The notes below the pieces were generated by a model that was not told the origin of the DNA, did not search any database, and was given only the letters and a program-made list of their open reading frames with translations. The position numbers and the translations under genes were made by a program. Of a stretch of DNA of 64,000 nucleotides, positions 8,785 to 17,569 are shown piece after piece. How positions within the stretch are numbered: the stretch's first letter is position 1; each line of letters begins with the position of its first letter. Source of the stretch: Thermoproteota archaeon (GTDB taxonomy: Archaea; Korarchaeota; Korarchaeia; Korarchaeales; Korarchaeaceae); NCBI GenBank assembly GCA_026986575.1, contig JALSOH010000004.1:320001-384000 (forward strand), read 5' to 3'.

Positions 8785-10443
8785 CTACATGAGAAGGGCC
8801 ACAATTTGAGGAAGCATTGCCAATGCCAGCAGGGGTTTGGCCAACCTGCTTGATCCCATCAGGGACGAGAGCATCGCCATGAGTTCGCTTCCCATAAACA
8901 CAGTCTCCACCTTCCCCCTGTAGCACTCGACCTTTACCTCCACCATAGATCCGATCGACTCCTTAACCAAGTCAATGAGGTAGGATGCCCTCTTCCTCAG
9001 GCACTCTTCGGTACGGCACTCGTTGCCGACCGGATTATATCTGTGCTTGGTGGAGATCGTCTCATGAGTATCGGTAGTGGACACTATCACCCTAACTCCT
9101 CGGGGGGCGAACTCATCTATCAAATCCCTGAGCTCGGGGACCATGTTGTTACCGTCTATCATCACATAGGAGGTGGTAATATCGCCCACCCTCAAGCTGA
9201 GCACCCCAACCCCCCCACGCCCCACGGAAGGCCAGCCAGGGTCATCCCATTGGTATCCCACTAGCGCGCTCTCCAGGCATTCCTTTTGAATAGCGGATCT
9301 CCCCAGCTCTAAAAGGATCTTGGCCAATTTCCGACCCAGTTCCGAGTCAATGAAGGCCATTTCGTACCAATCACTCCTGAGTGAATCGTGTCTATCCACA
9401 ACCGACACATTAACTCTCAACTCCCTAGCCAAGACTTCCTCGATCTCATGGGGGATATCTTCGAAACTCTCTAGAGGTCTGCCTGAAACGGTGAAGAGCA
9501 AGGTATCACCGAATCTTTGGGCACTGACCTCGAACCCATCATTCGATGTGAACACCGGTTCACCGACGCAGCAGGGCGTCACCTTACCTAAGCACCTCAC
9601 GATCTCCTCCAGTATCTCATCCGCTAATTTCGATGAAGCTAGATTCCTCTCGTGAGAACATGCTCTCCTCAGAAAAATAGGATTCAACCCCCTATCCCTG
9701 AGACGAGCCATGACTCTCCTCGGGAAATCGTGGCTTCCCATCCTGAACGGGCCTGGATGCACATCGACAGCTGTTATCACCGATTCACCTAGTTTTATGA
9801 CATCAAAACTAGCGATGCCCTTCACACCCCTCTCCACCAACCTCTCCTCTAGAGAGGCCCCAGAACCTCCCAGCACGATATCTGCTAGGGCCCTGACGCC
9901 ATCGAATCCACTGAGCCCTATAACTGGCTCAGTTACCGAGCCCACCACTGCCCCCACGAGGCGAGCTGAGATCATCGATACGATGAGGACCAAGAGGAGC
10001 CTGAGCGACAGTCCATTAACAACGATCGCCTCCCCAGCTAGGATGAATGGCAGCACCTTAGATTTAGTAGATTTTCCCATAGACCAAGATATGAGAGATG
10101 CGAGGAGTAGGGATGTGTAGCAAAGCGAATAAAAGGGAATACCCAATCCCTCGAGAAGAACCCCAAAAGCGAGTGGTGCCGTTACGAAAAAGGAGGCCCA
10201 CAAGGACCTCCTCAGGTCGAAGTACTCGGCGCTCCTCAAGACTGAGAACAAGGATGTTGCTGAGAAGAGAGCGGATGTGAACAGATATCTCAAGGAGGAT
10301 GAATATGCTCCCACTACACGAAGTCCACCCCACGGGAGTGTAATGGCAATAATGTTGAGCAATAATGCCGAGTGTATTCCCGGGAGGGTGAAAAGATCCT
10401 TACTCCTCTCAGTGGCAACATCCAGTGCCACATTATACCGCAC
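8785..10443 (-). CDS. DUF2070 (COG3356-like) membrane protein
   Basis: N-terminal TM bundle; VHPGPF, CSHERN, VDRHDS, IDGNNM, TTDTH motifs characteristic of the family. Confidence 0.8.
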   Translation of the reverse strand: MRYNVALDVATERSKDLFTLPGIHSALLLNIIAITLPWGGLRVVGAYSSSLRYLFTSALFSATSLFSVLRSAEYFDLRRSLWASFFVTAPLAFGVLLEGLGIPFYSLCYTSLLLASLISWSMGKSTKSKVLPFILAGEAIVVNGLSLRLLLVLIVSMISARLVGAVVGSVTEPVIGLSGFDGVRALADIVLGGSGASLEERLVERGVKGIASFDVIKLGESVITAVDVHPGPFRMGSHDFPRRVMARLRDRGLNPIFLRRACSHERNLASSKLADEILEEIVRCLGKVTPCCVGEPVFTSNDGFEVSAQRFGDTLLFTVSGRPLESFEDIPHEIEEVLARELRVNVSVVDRHDSLRSDWYEMAFIDSELGRKLAKILLELGRSAIQKECLESALVGYQWDDPGWPSVGRGGVGVLSLRVGDITTSYVMIDGNNMVPELRDLIDEFAPRGVRVIVSTTDTHETISTKHRYNPVGNECRTEECLRKRASYLIDLVKESIGSMVEVKVECYRGKVETVFMGSELMAMLSSLMGSSRLAKPLLALAMLPQIVALLM

Positions 10444-10563
10444 TTCTATAACACCATCCCCTCATATTGCAAAAATCTTTTTATTTACGTGGGTGTAGAT
10501 GTTAGCAAGGAGTCGAGAACCGACTCCCCATCCCCTCGGACGGCGCTGTGGGGGTGTTATCTC

Positions 10564-11061
10564 ATGCCTAGAGTAAAGGGAATAACCGCGAAGGAGATAG
10601 AGATACTGAGGAAGCTGGTGGAGAATGGGAGGATAACCTACACCCAGATAGCTAGAGAGCTCGGAATGAGCCCTGCTGGCGTCATGAAGAAGGTCAGGAA
10701 GCTTGAGGAACTTGGTATAATAAAGGGATACACCGCTCTCGTTGACCACGCTAAACTCGGTAAGGGGAACAAGTATATAATCCTGTTAGAGACGGAACCG
10801 GGCAAGCACACAGATGTGGCTAAGAAGGTGGTGGAACTCTTAGGGAACTCGGTACTTGAGGTACACGAGATAACCGGTCAGTACGATGTGGTGCTCAAGG
10901 TCATAGCTGGCAGCCAGTCCGAGTTGAACGATATACTCCGGAAAATCCAGAGCATACCCGGTCTCAGGGACACGAACACATCCCTCGTCCTCGACACCGT
11001 CAAGGAGAGGCCCTCCGTGGTTCCCGATGAGATACCCGGAATCACCACGAAGAAGAAGTGA
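10564..11061 (+). CDS. Lrp/AsnC family transcriptional regulator
   Basis: EILRKLVENGRITYTQIARELGMS...KVRKLEELGIIKGY HTH; EVHEITGQYDVVLKV RAM domain; start moved to ATG 10564 after GGGGTG SD. Confidence 0.93.
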   Translation: MPRVKGITAKEIEILRKLVENGRITYTQIARELGMSPAGVMKKVRKLEELGIIKGYTALVDHAKLGKGNKYIILLETEPGKHTDVAKKVVELLGNSVLEVHEITGQYDVVLKVIAGSQSELNDILRKIQSIPGLRDTNTSLVLDTVKERPSVVPDEIPGITTKKK

Positions 11062-11988
11062 TCAGAGCTCCAACCATTCTCCTCCAAGCGGTTGAGCATC
11101 AATCCCCCATTTTTTCAACCATTTAGCGAATTCCTCGCTGAATCCATAGACGGTCAGCACCTTCTCTGGATTGGTGCTCATCACTATACTCAAGAGCCCA
11201 TCGAAATCGGCATGAGCACTCAGCGGGAAATCCTGTCTCCTCTTAGAGAAGAGGGCCCAGCCAGTCACCCTAGCCTTCCCGTTGGTCCTAGCCCTGTGGG
11301 TGACTAGGGCATGGGGTCCGTCAGGTGAAGTCGTATATTTGAGCCCGAACCTCTCTTTGAGAGGTTCACTTACTTGGGCGACCCTTTTAGAGACCACGAC
11401 CTCTACATTCGTGTACTTGTTTAGGAGCGCTATAACTTCCTGCGACTTTCCCACTAGGTATGCCTCTATGACGGGGGATCTACCGGAGGACACCTCCTCC
11501 GCGACCCACCTAGCTATATCCGTCCTTACTTTATGGGGATCGGGGAACCTGTATCTGGGGTGCCCGTAGGTAGACTCGACTATCAGTACGTCCGAACTCG
11601 GGATCCTAGCGGGACTCTCCACCGTAAGCCCACCGAGAGGATTCATATCCCCAGTATAGAAGACTGTTTTCCTTCTACAATTTATCAAGAACCCTGCGGA
11701 TCCGTATATGTGCCCAGCTGGGAAGGCGTACACCTCGAAGGATCCCAGTTCCACGCTCTCGTTGAAATGGATGATGTCTAGGGTCCCGTTCCCATACCTC
11801 CTCTGGATTAGAGCCGCGGTCCCCTCGGTGGCTATGATCCGCCCCGAGGGATTCCTCACATCCTTGGGTACATGATCAGAATGAGCGTGGGATATGAGAG
11901 AAGGTATGTCTCTCACCGTCCTCACTGGATCTAGGAGCAGCTTTTCCCCACAGTCGAGTTCTATGCCGTTTCTGAACCTTATTCTCAT
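11062..11988 (-). CDS. Metallo-beta-lactamase / beta-CASP-type nuclease
   Basis: ISHAHSDH, AGHIYGS, YTGD, ESTYG, SAHADF motifs. Confidence 0.88.
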   Translation of the reverse strand: MRIRFRNGIELDCGEKLLLDPVRTVRDIPSLISHAHSDHVPKDVRNPSGRIIATEGTAALIQRRYGNGTLDIIHFNESVELGSFEVYAFPAGHIYGSAGFLINCRRKTVFYTGDMNPLGGLTVESPARIPSSDVLIVESTYGHPRYRFPDPHKVRTDIARWVAEEVSSGRSPVIEAYLVGKSQEVIALLNKYTNVEVVVSKRVAQVSEPLKERFGLKYTTSPDGPHALVTHRARTNGKARVTGWALFSKRRQDFPLSAHADFDGLLSIVMSTNPEKVLTVYGFSEEFAKWLKKWGIDAQPLGGEWLEL

Positions 11989-12049
11989 CTCCCGAAACCA
12001 CCATCACAAATTTATTAGTGTGGTCCAGCTCCCCGAGCGCGGGGGTAGC

Positions 12050-12211
12050 ATGCCCAAGGGTAAGAAGGATAAGAGCTTCATGCCAATGTCCGTCGCTGGT
12101 ATCCTGACCTTCAGCACAGACGAGGCAGGCGGCTTCAAGGTCCCCAAGTGGTTCCCCGTCCTGCTATCGGTCGTGACAGGCGTCGTCATAATAGCTCTCC
12201 AGCTCATGTGA
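12050..12211 (+). CDS. secG: Preprotein translocase subunit Sec61beta (archaeal SecG)
   Basis: MPKGKKDKSFMPMSVAGILTFSTDE...KVP plus one TM helix, matching the archaeal Sec61beta pattern; GGGGGT SD. Confidence 0.85.
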   Translation: MPKGKKDKSFMPMSVAGILTFSTDEAGGFKVPKWFPVLLSVVTGVVIIALQLM

Positions 12212-12218
12212 GCAGGTA

Positions 12219-12515
12219 ATGCCGATGAGAATATCCGAGGCCCAAGAGCTGATAAGAAAGATTTACGGCGAAAGAGACCGTAAAAGAGGTGTTAAGGGAA
12301 CCGCTCTCCACCTAGGGGAGGAGCTAGGGGAACTCTTCAGGTCTCTAAGAACCTTGGATGACGGCAACCTCAAGGAAGAGTTCGCCGATGTTCTCGCATG
12401 GCTGCTAAGCCTAGCTGATCTCCTCTCCATAGATTTGGAATCTGCTTTTGTTGAAAGATATGGAAAGGGATGTCCCAAATGCGGATCAATCCCCTGCAGG
12501 TGCCCGGAGGTGTGA
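12219..12515 (+). CDS. MazG-like nucleotide pyrophosphohydrolase with C-terminal Zn-finger
   Basis: EELGEL, EEFADVLAWL, GCPKCGSIPCRC. Confidence 0.9.
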   Translation: MPMRISEAQELIRKIYGERDRKRGVKGTALHLGEELGELFRSLRTLDDGNLKEEFADVLAWLLSLADLLSIDLESAFVERYGKGCPKCGSIPCRCPEV

Positions 12516-12518
12516 CAC

Positions 12519-13100
12519 ATGTCCATGAAGTTCCTGCATATCAGCCCCGATGACGCACTGGTCTACGCCAGGAGGCTGGCGGATTCCATAATAAATTCGG
12601 GTTTCAAGCCCGACACGATCGTGGCGATACTCAGGGGCGGAGTGGTGATAGCTAGGCTCCTGAGCGATTTCTTGGATGTGAGGGATATAAGGAGCATAAG
12701 GGTGGTTCATTACGAAGCCCTCGACATCAGGGAAGGAGCTGAGGTCGTGGAACCCCTTCCCACGAGACTAGATGGTAAGAAGGTTCTACTGGTGGACGAT
12801 GTGGCTGATACAGGAGACAGCCTCATCGTGGCCAAGGAACACTTGGAAGAGAGGGGAGCTGCTGAAGTTAGAGTAGCTACCATGCACTACAAGCCTTGGA
12901 GCAAGATCAAGCCAGACTATTACTCAGAGGAAACGGATGCTTGGGTCATATACTTCTGGGAATATGCCGAGACCGTCAGGTACTTCTTTATGAAGTACGG
13001 CGATAAGGGTCAGGATTACATATACGAGATACTGAAGCAAGCGGGAGTGCCTGATGATATCGTGAGGTGGGTAGTGGAAAATGAAGGGTACCTACGATAA
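12519..13100 (+). CDS. Purine phosphoribosyltransferase (hypoxanthine/xanthine-guanine type)
   Basis: IVAILRGG, VLLVDDVADTGDSL, WVIYFWE. Confidence 0.9.
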   Translation: MSMKFLHISPDDALVYARRLADSIINSGFKPDTIVAILRGGVVIARLLSDFLDVRDIRSIRVVHYEALDIREGAEVVEPLPTRLDGKKVLLVDDVADTGDSLIVAKEHLEERGAAEVRVATMHYKPWSKIKPDYYSEETDAWVIYFWEYAETVRYFFMKYGDKGQDYIYEILKQAGVPDDIVRWVVENEGYLR

Positions 13101-14610
13101 GATCGTGGAGCTGGCCACGAGGAGGGGTTTCTTCTGGCCATCCTCTAGAGACGTATATGCTGGGGCCCCCGCGGGCTTCTATGTCTACGGGCCTCTAGGC
13201 CTCAGGATGAAAGAAAAGATAGTCTCCCTCTGGAGGAGGGAGATAGTGTTTCCCGAGGGAGTACATGAGATAGAGACCCCCAACATACTTCCTCTCAAGG
13301 TATTCGAGGCTTCGGGCCACTTGGAGCACTTCTTTGACAAGCTGATAGAGTGCAAGAGATGCCACTCGAGGTTCAGGGTCGATAAACTGATAGAGGAAAC
13401 CTTAGGCATAGAAGAGAACTTGGAAGGACTTTCAGACGAAGAGCTGATGAAGATCATAGTGGATAACGGGATAAAATGTCCCAAGTGTGGTTCCAAGGAG
13501 TGGACTGGAATAAAGAAATTCAACTTGATGTTCACCCTCGCGGTGGGTGCTGAGGCAGAGGAGCCCAACGCTGCGCTAAGGCCGGAGACAACTCAGGGGA
13601 GCGTGGTGGAGTTCAGGAAGTCATACATGACCATGAGGGGGAAGTTACCCTTCATCCTTGGACAGGTTGGGAGGGTTTTTAGGAACGAAATCTCCCCTAG
13701 AAGAGCCTTGATAAGGATGAGAGAGTTCCAGCAGCTGGAGATTCACGTGTTCTTCGATCCGGATAATCCCGACGAGATGTACCGCGAGAAGCTCGAACCC
13801 TACATGGACTACAAGATAAGGTTCCTCAGGAGGGAAGACAGGGAGACGGGGAGAATAGTGGAGATGACCGCCAGAGAAGGTCTCGAGACGGGCTACACTA
13901 TAAACCACTTAATAACCTACTGGCTGGTCCTCTACCAGAAGTTCTTCAACGAGGTGCTGGGCTTTCCGCTGGAGAGGCTTCGATACAGAGAACTCATAGA
14001 GGGTGAGAAGGCCCACTATGCTCTAGCTCACTGGGATCTGGAGGTCTATACCGAGGACTTGGGTTGGGTCGAGCTGGTTAACAACGCCTACCGCACGGAC
14101 TACGATCTATCCGGTCACATGAAGGTCTCAGGAAACGATCTCAGGGTCACCAGCCCGGACGGTAAGAGGAAGTTCCTGCCGCACCTCTACGAGCCATCCA
14201 TAGGCTTGGATAGGGTGCTGTTCCATGAGCTGATGCTCGCCTACAGGGAGAACGAGGAGAGGGTATGGCTGCAGCTTCCGAGATACCTTGCGCCCATTGA
14301 GGTAGCGGTCTTCCCGCTAATGAAGAAGGACGGAATGCCCGAGAAAGCCAAGGAGATTTACAGGATGTTAATATCGGAGGGCTTTGTGGCCTTCTATGAC
14401 GAATCAGGAACTATAGGCAGGAGATACAGGAGGATGGACGAGGTGGGTACCCCAGCCTGCGTTACGGTGGATCACCAGACGATGGAGGATGGGACTGTCA
14501 CCCTCAGGGATAGGGATACGATGGAACAGGTGAGGGTGAGGATCGTGGAGCTACCGGCCAAGTTAAGGAGCTTCATATACGAGGGGAAGGACATTAAGGA
14601 CCTCCTGTGA
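13081..14610 (+). CDS. glyS: Glycine--tRNA ligase (alpha2 type)
   Basis: RRGFFWPS, LRPETTQG, FRNEISPR, RMREFQQLE, EPSIGLDR, IGRRYRRMDEVGTP. Confidence 0.96.
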   Translation: MKGTYDKIVELATRRGFFWPSSRDVYAGAPAGFYVYGPLGLRMKEKIVSLWRREIVFPEGVHEIETPNILPLKVFEASGHLEHFFDKLIECKRCHSRFRVDKLIEETLGIEENLEGLSDEELMKIIVDNGIKCPKCGSKEWTGIKKFNLMFTLAVGAEAEEPNAALRPETTQGSVVEFRKSYMTMRGKLPFILGQVGRVFRNEISPRRALIRMREFQQLEIHVFFDPDNPDEMYREKLEPYMDYKIRFLRREDRETGRIVEMTAREGLETGYTINHLITYWLVLYQKFFNEVLGFPLERLRYRELIEGEKAHYALAHWDLEVYTEDLGWVELVNNAYRTDYDLSGHMKVSGNDLRVTSPDGKRKFLPHLYEPSIGLDRVLFHELMLAYRENEERVWLQLPRYLAPIEVAVFPLMKKDGMPEKAKEIYRMLISEGFVAFYDESGTIGRRYRRMDEVGTPACVTVDHQTMEDGTVTLRDRDTMEQVRVRIVELPAKLRSFIYEGKDIKDLL

Positions 14611-15313
14611 ACAGCCTGCTACAGACCGGGCACTTAGGATCCCTCTCCACTTTTACTTCAGTGTACTCCATCGTCCTGAGATCTCCCATCAGCAACTTAC
14701 CTTTAAGAGAGGGTTCCATGCCAGCTAAGTACTTCACGGCCTCCACGGCCGCTATGGAGGCGACCTGAGCTGGAGTCATCCCCAAGACCGGAACAGAACC
14801 CCTGTCTTGGACGTTCGGAAATATGCACCTCAAGCAGGGGGTTTCCCCAGGCACTATGAACGTTACTGCGAAGTAAAAGCCGGAGATAGCTGAGTAGATA
14901 AAGGGAATCCTGTGAGAAACAGAATATTCATTTATCAAGTATCTAGTGGCGAAGTTATCCGTCGCGTCAAGTATTAGGTCGACCCCCGAGAGCACATCCC
15001 CTATATTTCCCTCGGTGAGGGGTTCGGGGATCCCCTCTACCTCTATCTCCTTGTTTCTCCTCCTGATCTCCCTTTCAGCAACTAGGGCCTTGGGTAAACC
15101 CACGTCATCCTCCCCGTACAGGATCTGCCTGTGAATATTATTCAAACTGACGAGATCACCGTCTATTAGCCTTAGATTAACTCCAGCACCTCCCAAATAT
15201 AGGGCCAAGGGGGAGCCTATCCCTCCCAGCCCCACGATTGCTACGAGCGAATTACCCAGCTTCCTCTGACCATCCTCCCCTATGAGTGGGATCTGCCTAT
15301 CGTAGCGTGGCAT
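14594..15313 (-). CDS. ThiF/MoeB/UbaA family E1-like adenylyltransferase
   Basis: RYDRQI, GLGGIG, NIHRQILY, DATDN, CLRC and CPVC Zn sites. Confidence 0.92.
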   Translation of the reverse strand: MPRYDRQIPLIGEDGQRKLGNSLVAIVGLGGIGSPLALYLGGAGVNLRLIDGDLVSLNNIHRQILYGEDDVGLPKALVAEREIRRRNKEIEVEGIPEPLTEGNIGDVLSGVDLILDATDNFATRYLINEYSVSHRIPFIYSAISGFYFAVTFIVPGETPCLRCIFPNVQDRGSVPVLGMTPAQVASIAAVEAVKYLAGMEPSLKGKLLMGDLRTMEYTEVKVERDPKCPVCSRLFTGGP

Positions 15314-15605
15314 CCATTAACCACCTCTCATATGCCTCCCATACTCTCTCCACGGGGAGGACCACTATCTCGGGGACCTCGTAAGGATGTATCTCAGCCA
15401 AATGCTCTATCAACCTATCTATCAGTTCATCAGCGGTCTTGATAATCAAGAGGAACTCTTGAGCTCTCTCTATCTTCCCTTCCCACCAGTATAAGCTTCT
15501 AACTTGGAAGAAAGAGACGCACGCGGCTAACTTCTCGCTTAACAGGGAGGACGCAAGTTTTTCGGCATCTCCCTCCCGCTCCACAGTAGTTAGGACTATT
15601 TTCAG
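15297..15605 (-). CDS. cutA: Divalent-cation tolerance protein CutA (probable CTG start)
   Basis: LAACV, SLYWWEGKIE, HPYEVPEI; the conserved first strand KIVLTT lies upstream of the GTG in the ORF track and follows GGGGGTGA-N7-CTG. Confidence 0.92.
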   Translation of the reverse strand: MKIVLTTVEREGDAEKLASSLLSEKLAACVSFFQVRSLYWWEGKIERAQEFLLIIKTADELIDRLIEHLAEIHPYEVPEIVVLPVERVWEAYERWLMDATLR

Positions 15606-15625
15606 GCGAGATCACCCCCAATCAA

Positions 15626-16351
15626 CTACTTGGATAGAAACTCCTCTATTGAAATGCGCTCGCTTCTCAGATCTATCTCAACCAGCTCCCACCAAATGGG
15701 GAAGGCCACATTGTATACCTTGGTACTGCCAACTCTAGCGGTCTTACTCCCGTTGTGAACATGTCCATGGACAGCAACATCCACGAGCCCCTCCTTCATG
15801 TACCTCTCGAACCCTCTGTGGCCCAAGTACCTCCAAGCCCTGGGATTCTCGCCCTTCATGGTCTTAGTCGTGGTGGCGTAGTGGGTAAGGAGAACTGTTA
15901 CGTCAACCTTTTCCCTGAGCTCTCTGAGCATCTCCCCTATCACCCGCAACCTCTCGCTGTAGATCTTCTCTATCCCAGGGATGTTTCTCTTCTGCCACGT
16001 AGTAGGGAGTTCCAGACTCCCTCTGGACCCAACTATGCCTACCCTCCGTCCCTCCACCTCCAAAACTAGGCTCTCATCATCGAGAAACGTTACCTCAGGA
16101 TTCTCCTCCCTTATGGTATCCTTCACACTGTCGTACTCGTCATTGCCGAAGACGGCCACCATCACGACATCTCCTAGACTCCCCAAGGCATCCACTACCC
16201 TTCGATACTGTTTGTAGTTCCCTCTATCTACCATGTCTCCTGCTATCAGGATGAGGTACTCCCCTTTCTGCTTCCTACTTACAACATTTTCCAGATCCTT
16301 CTGCCATACGGGTGCGTGTACATCGGACACTGCCAGCACTTTCATTTTCAA
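15626..16351 (-). CDS. Calcineurin-like metallophosphoesterase
   Basis: SDVH, AGDMVD, GNDE, THY, HGHVH. Confidence 0.9.
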   Translation of the reverse strand: MKMKVLAVSDVHAPVWQKDLENVVSRKQKGEYLILIAGDMVDRGNYKQYRRVVDALGSLGDVVMVAVFGNDEYDSVKDTIREENPEVTFLDDESLVLEVEGRRVGIVGSRGSLELPTTWQKRNIPGIEKIYSERLRVIGEMLRELREKVDVTVLLTHYATTTKTMKGENPRAWRYLGHRGFERYMKEGLVDVAVHGHVHNGSKTARVGSTKVYNVAFPIWWELVEIDLRSERISIEEFLSK

Positions 16352-16405
16352 CCTAGCGCTGGATATCCATCATCCAATTAAACTACTACGTTGTTTGGAA
16401 TTCAC

Positions 16406-16651
16406 GTGAGAAAAGGCAGGGTCAGGTCTATCTTGGAGTCGATGGTGTGGGATCCTAGGGCGGATCCGGAGGAGTTTAGAATAGTATTCGTGAGCAGAGG
16501 GTCCCCAAACGACCTAGAAGAGGTGAGAGGGGATGAGGTTGAAGTGAGGAACGACAGGGTGATATTGAAGGATGGGAGGGAGATACCTCACCATAGGATA
16601 GTTGCTATCTGGAGGGGAAGGGAACTTCTGTACCTCAAGAAAGATGTATGA
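16406..16651 (+). CDS. DUF504 / MJ1316-like RNA-repair (RNA end recognition) domain protein
   Basis: LESMVWDP ... IVFVSRG ... EIPHHRI signature. Confidence 0.8.
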   Translation: MRKGRVRSILESMVWDPRADPEEFRIVFVSRGSPNDLEEVRGDEVEVRNDRVILKDGREIPHHRIVAIWRGRELLYLKKDV

Positions 16652-16684
16652 AAATCTTGAACATTTTTTATATGATGCCCGGGA

Positions 16685-17089
16685 ATGGGGCGGGGAGCGG
16701 GCATGTCCACCAAGGCAATCTCCCTCGCTATAACGCTTATAGCTCTAGTAGGGATCCTCCTGAGCTTATATACGGAGTTCATTCAGGGTATCAGACCATG
16801 CCTCTCCTGCTATGCCCTTAGATTCAGCTACATCGCGATATTTCTACTATCACTAGCTCACTTCAAGTTCAAGAGGGCTTCCTACTTGATTCTAGCCGTA
16901 TCCCTGCTAGTTATCGTTATTTCCATCTGGGGGATACTAGGTTTCTTGGGACACCAGAGTAACCCGTGCATAGAGGCGTGCACCTTATCTATCGAGCTCA
17001 GCGTGAGCTACAGGCTGTTTTCCCTAGCTCTGCTCGGGGGGTTTATGGAGTTGGTCCTAGCGCTGTTACTAGTCAGGCACGGTGGTTGA
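16685..17089 (+). CDS. DsbB-like disulfide bond formation membrane protein
   Basis: Four TM helices, IRPCLSCYALRF (PCxxC...R), second Cys pair NPCIEAC. Confidence 0.75.
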   Translation: MGRGAGMSTKAISLAITLIALVGILLSLYTEFIQGIRPCLSCYALRFSYIAIFLLSLAHFKFKRASYLILAVSLLVIVISIWGILGFLGHQSNPCIEACTLSIELSVSYRLFSLALLGGFMELVLALLLVRHGG

Positions 17090-17257
17090 GGATCGTTTCT
17101 GGTATCTAATCCTAACAGTAACCCAAATAATGTTTCTATATGATGGCGGAATTGACCTATTTATCTATATAATATGGCCGCTATTACCTAAAACGTTTAA
17201 CTAATCTACCGAGCCTTCCCGAAACTTATATATAGTGTAGTCAAGCTTAGCAACGCG

Positions 17258-17512
17258 GTGTCGGCATTGGTGGAGATAACATGTCCATCATGCGGCTATG
17301 AGTTCTACTTGGACGAGGAGGACTACGAGGGAGAAATACAATGCCCTAACTGCGGAGCCCTCCTCGAAGTCAAGATAGAGAAGGGAGAGGTGAAAGAGGT
17401 CATACCTCTTGAGGAAGGGATAGAAGAGGAGGAGTGGCTCGAAGACGAGGACTTCTGGGAGGAGGAAGAGGAAGAGGAGATCTTCTGGGAGGAGGAAGAG
17501 GAAGAGTTCTGA
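17258..17512 (+). CDS. LysW-like double-CxxC zinc-ribbon protein with very acidic tail
   Basis: CPSCG...GEIQCPNCGALLEV then poly-Glu; strong TATA (TTATATA ~17226-17232) upstream. Confidence 0.75.
   Translation: MSALVEITCPSCGYEFYLDEEDYEGEIQCPNCGALLEVKIEKGEVKEVIPLEEGIEEEEWLEDEDFWEEEEEEEIFWEEEEEEF
17452..17506 (+). repeat. 25-bp perfect duplication with 30-bp period (CTTCTGGGAGGAGGAAGAGGAAGAG)
   Basis: Copies at 17452-17476 and 17482-17506, encoding FWEEEEEE twice. Confidence 0.9.
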
Positions 17513-17569
17513 CCGAACCCGGTAAGCGTTTTTCTTACATAAAATCTCCAAAAATGTGAAAGGTGGGGT

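Noticed and set aside
17452-17506. Repeat as a mini-CRISPR
   Set aside because: Only two copies with a 5-nt gap, in frame within a coding poly-Glu tail; no cas genes
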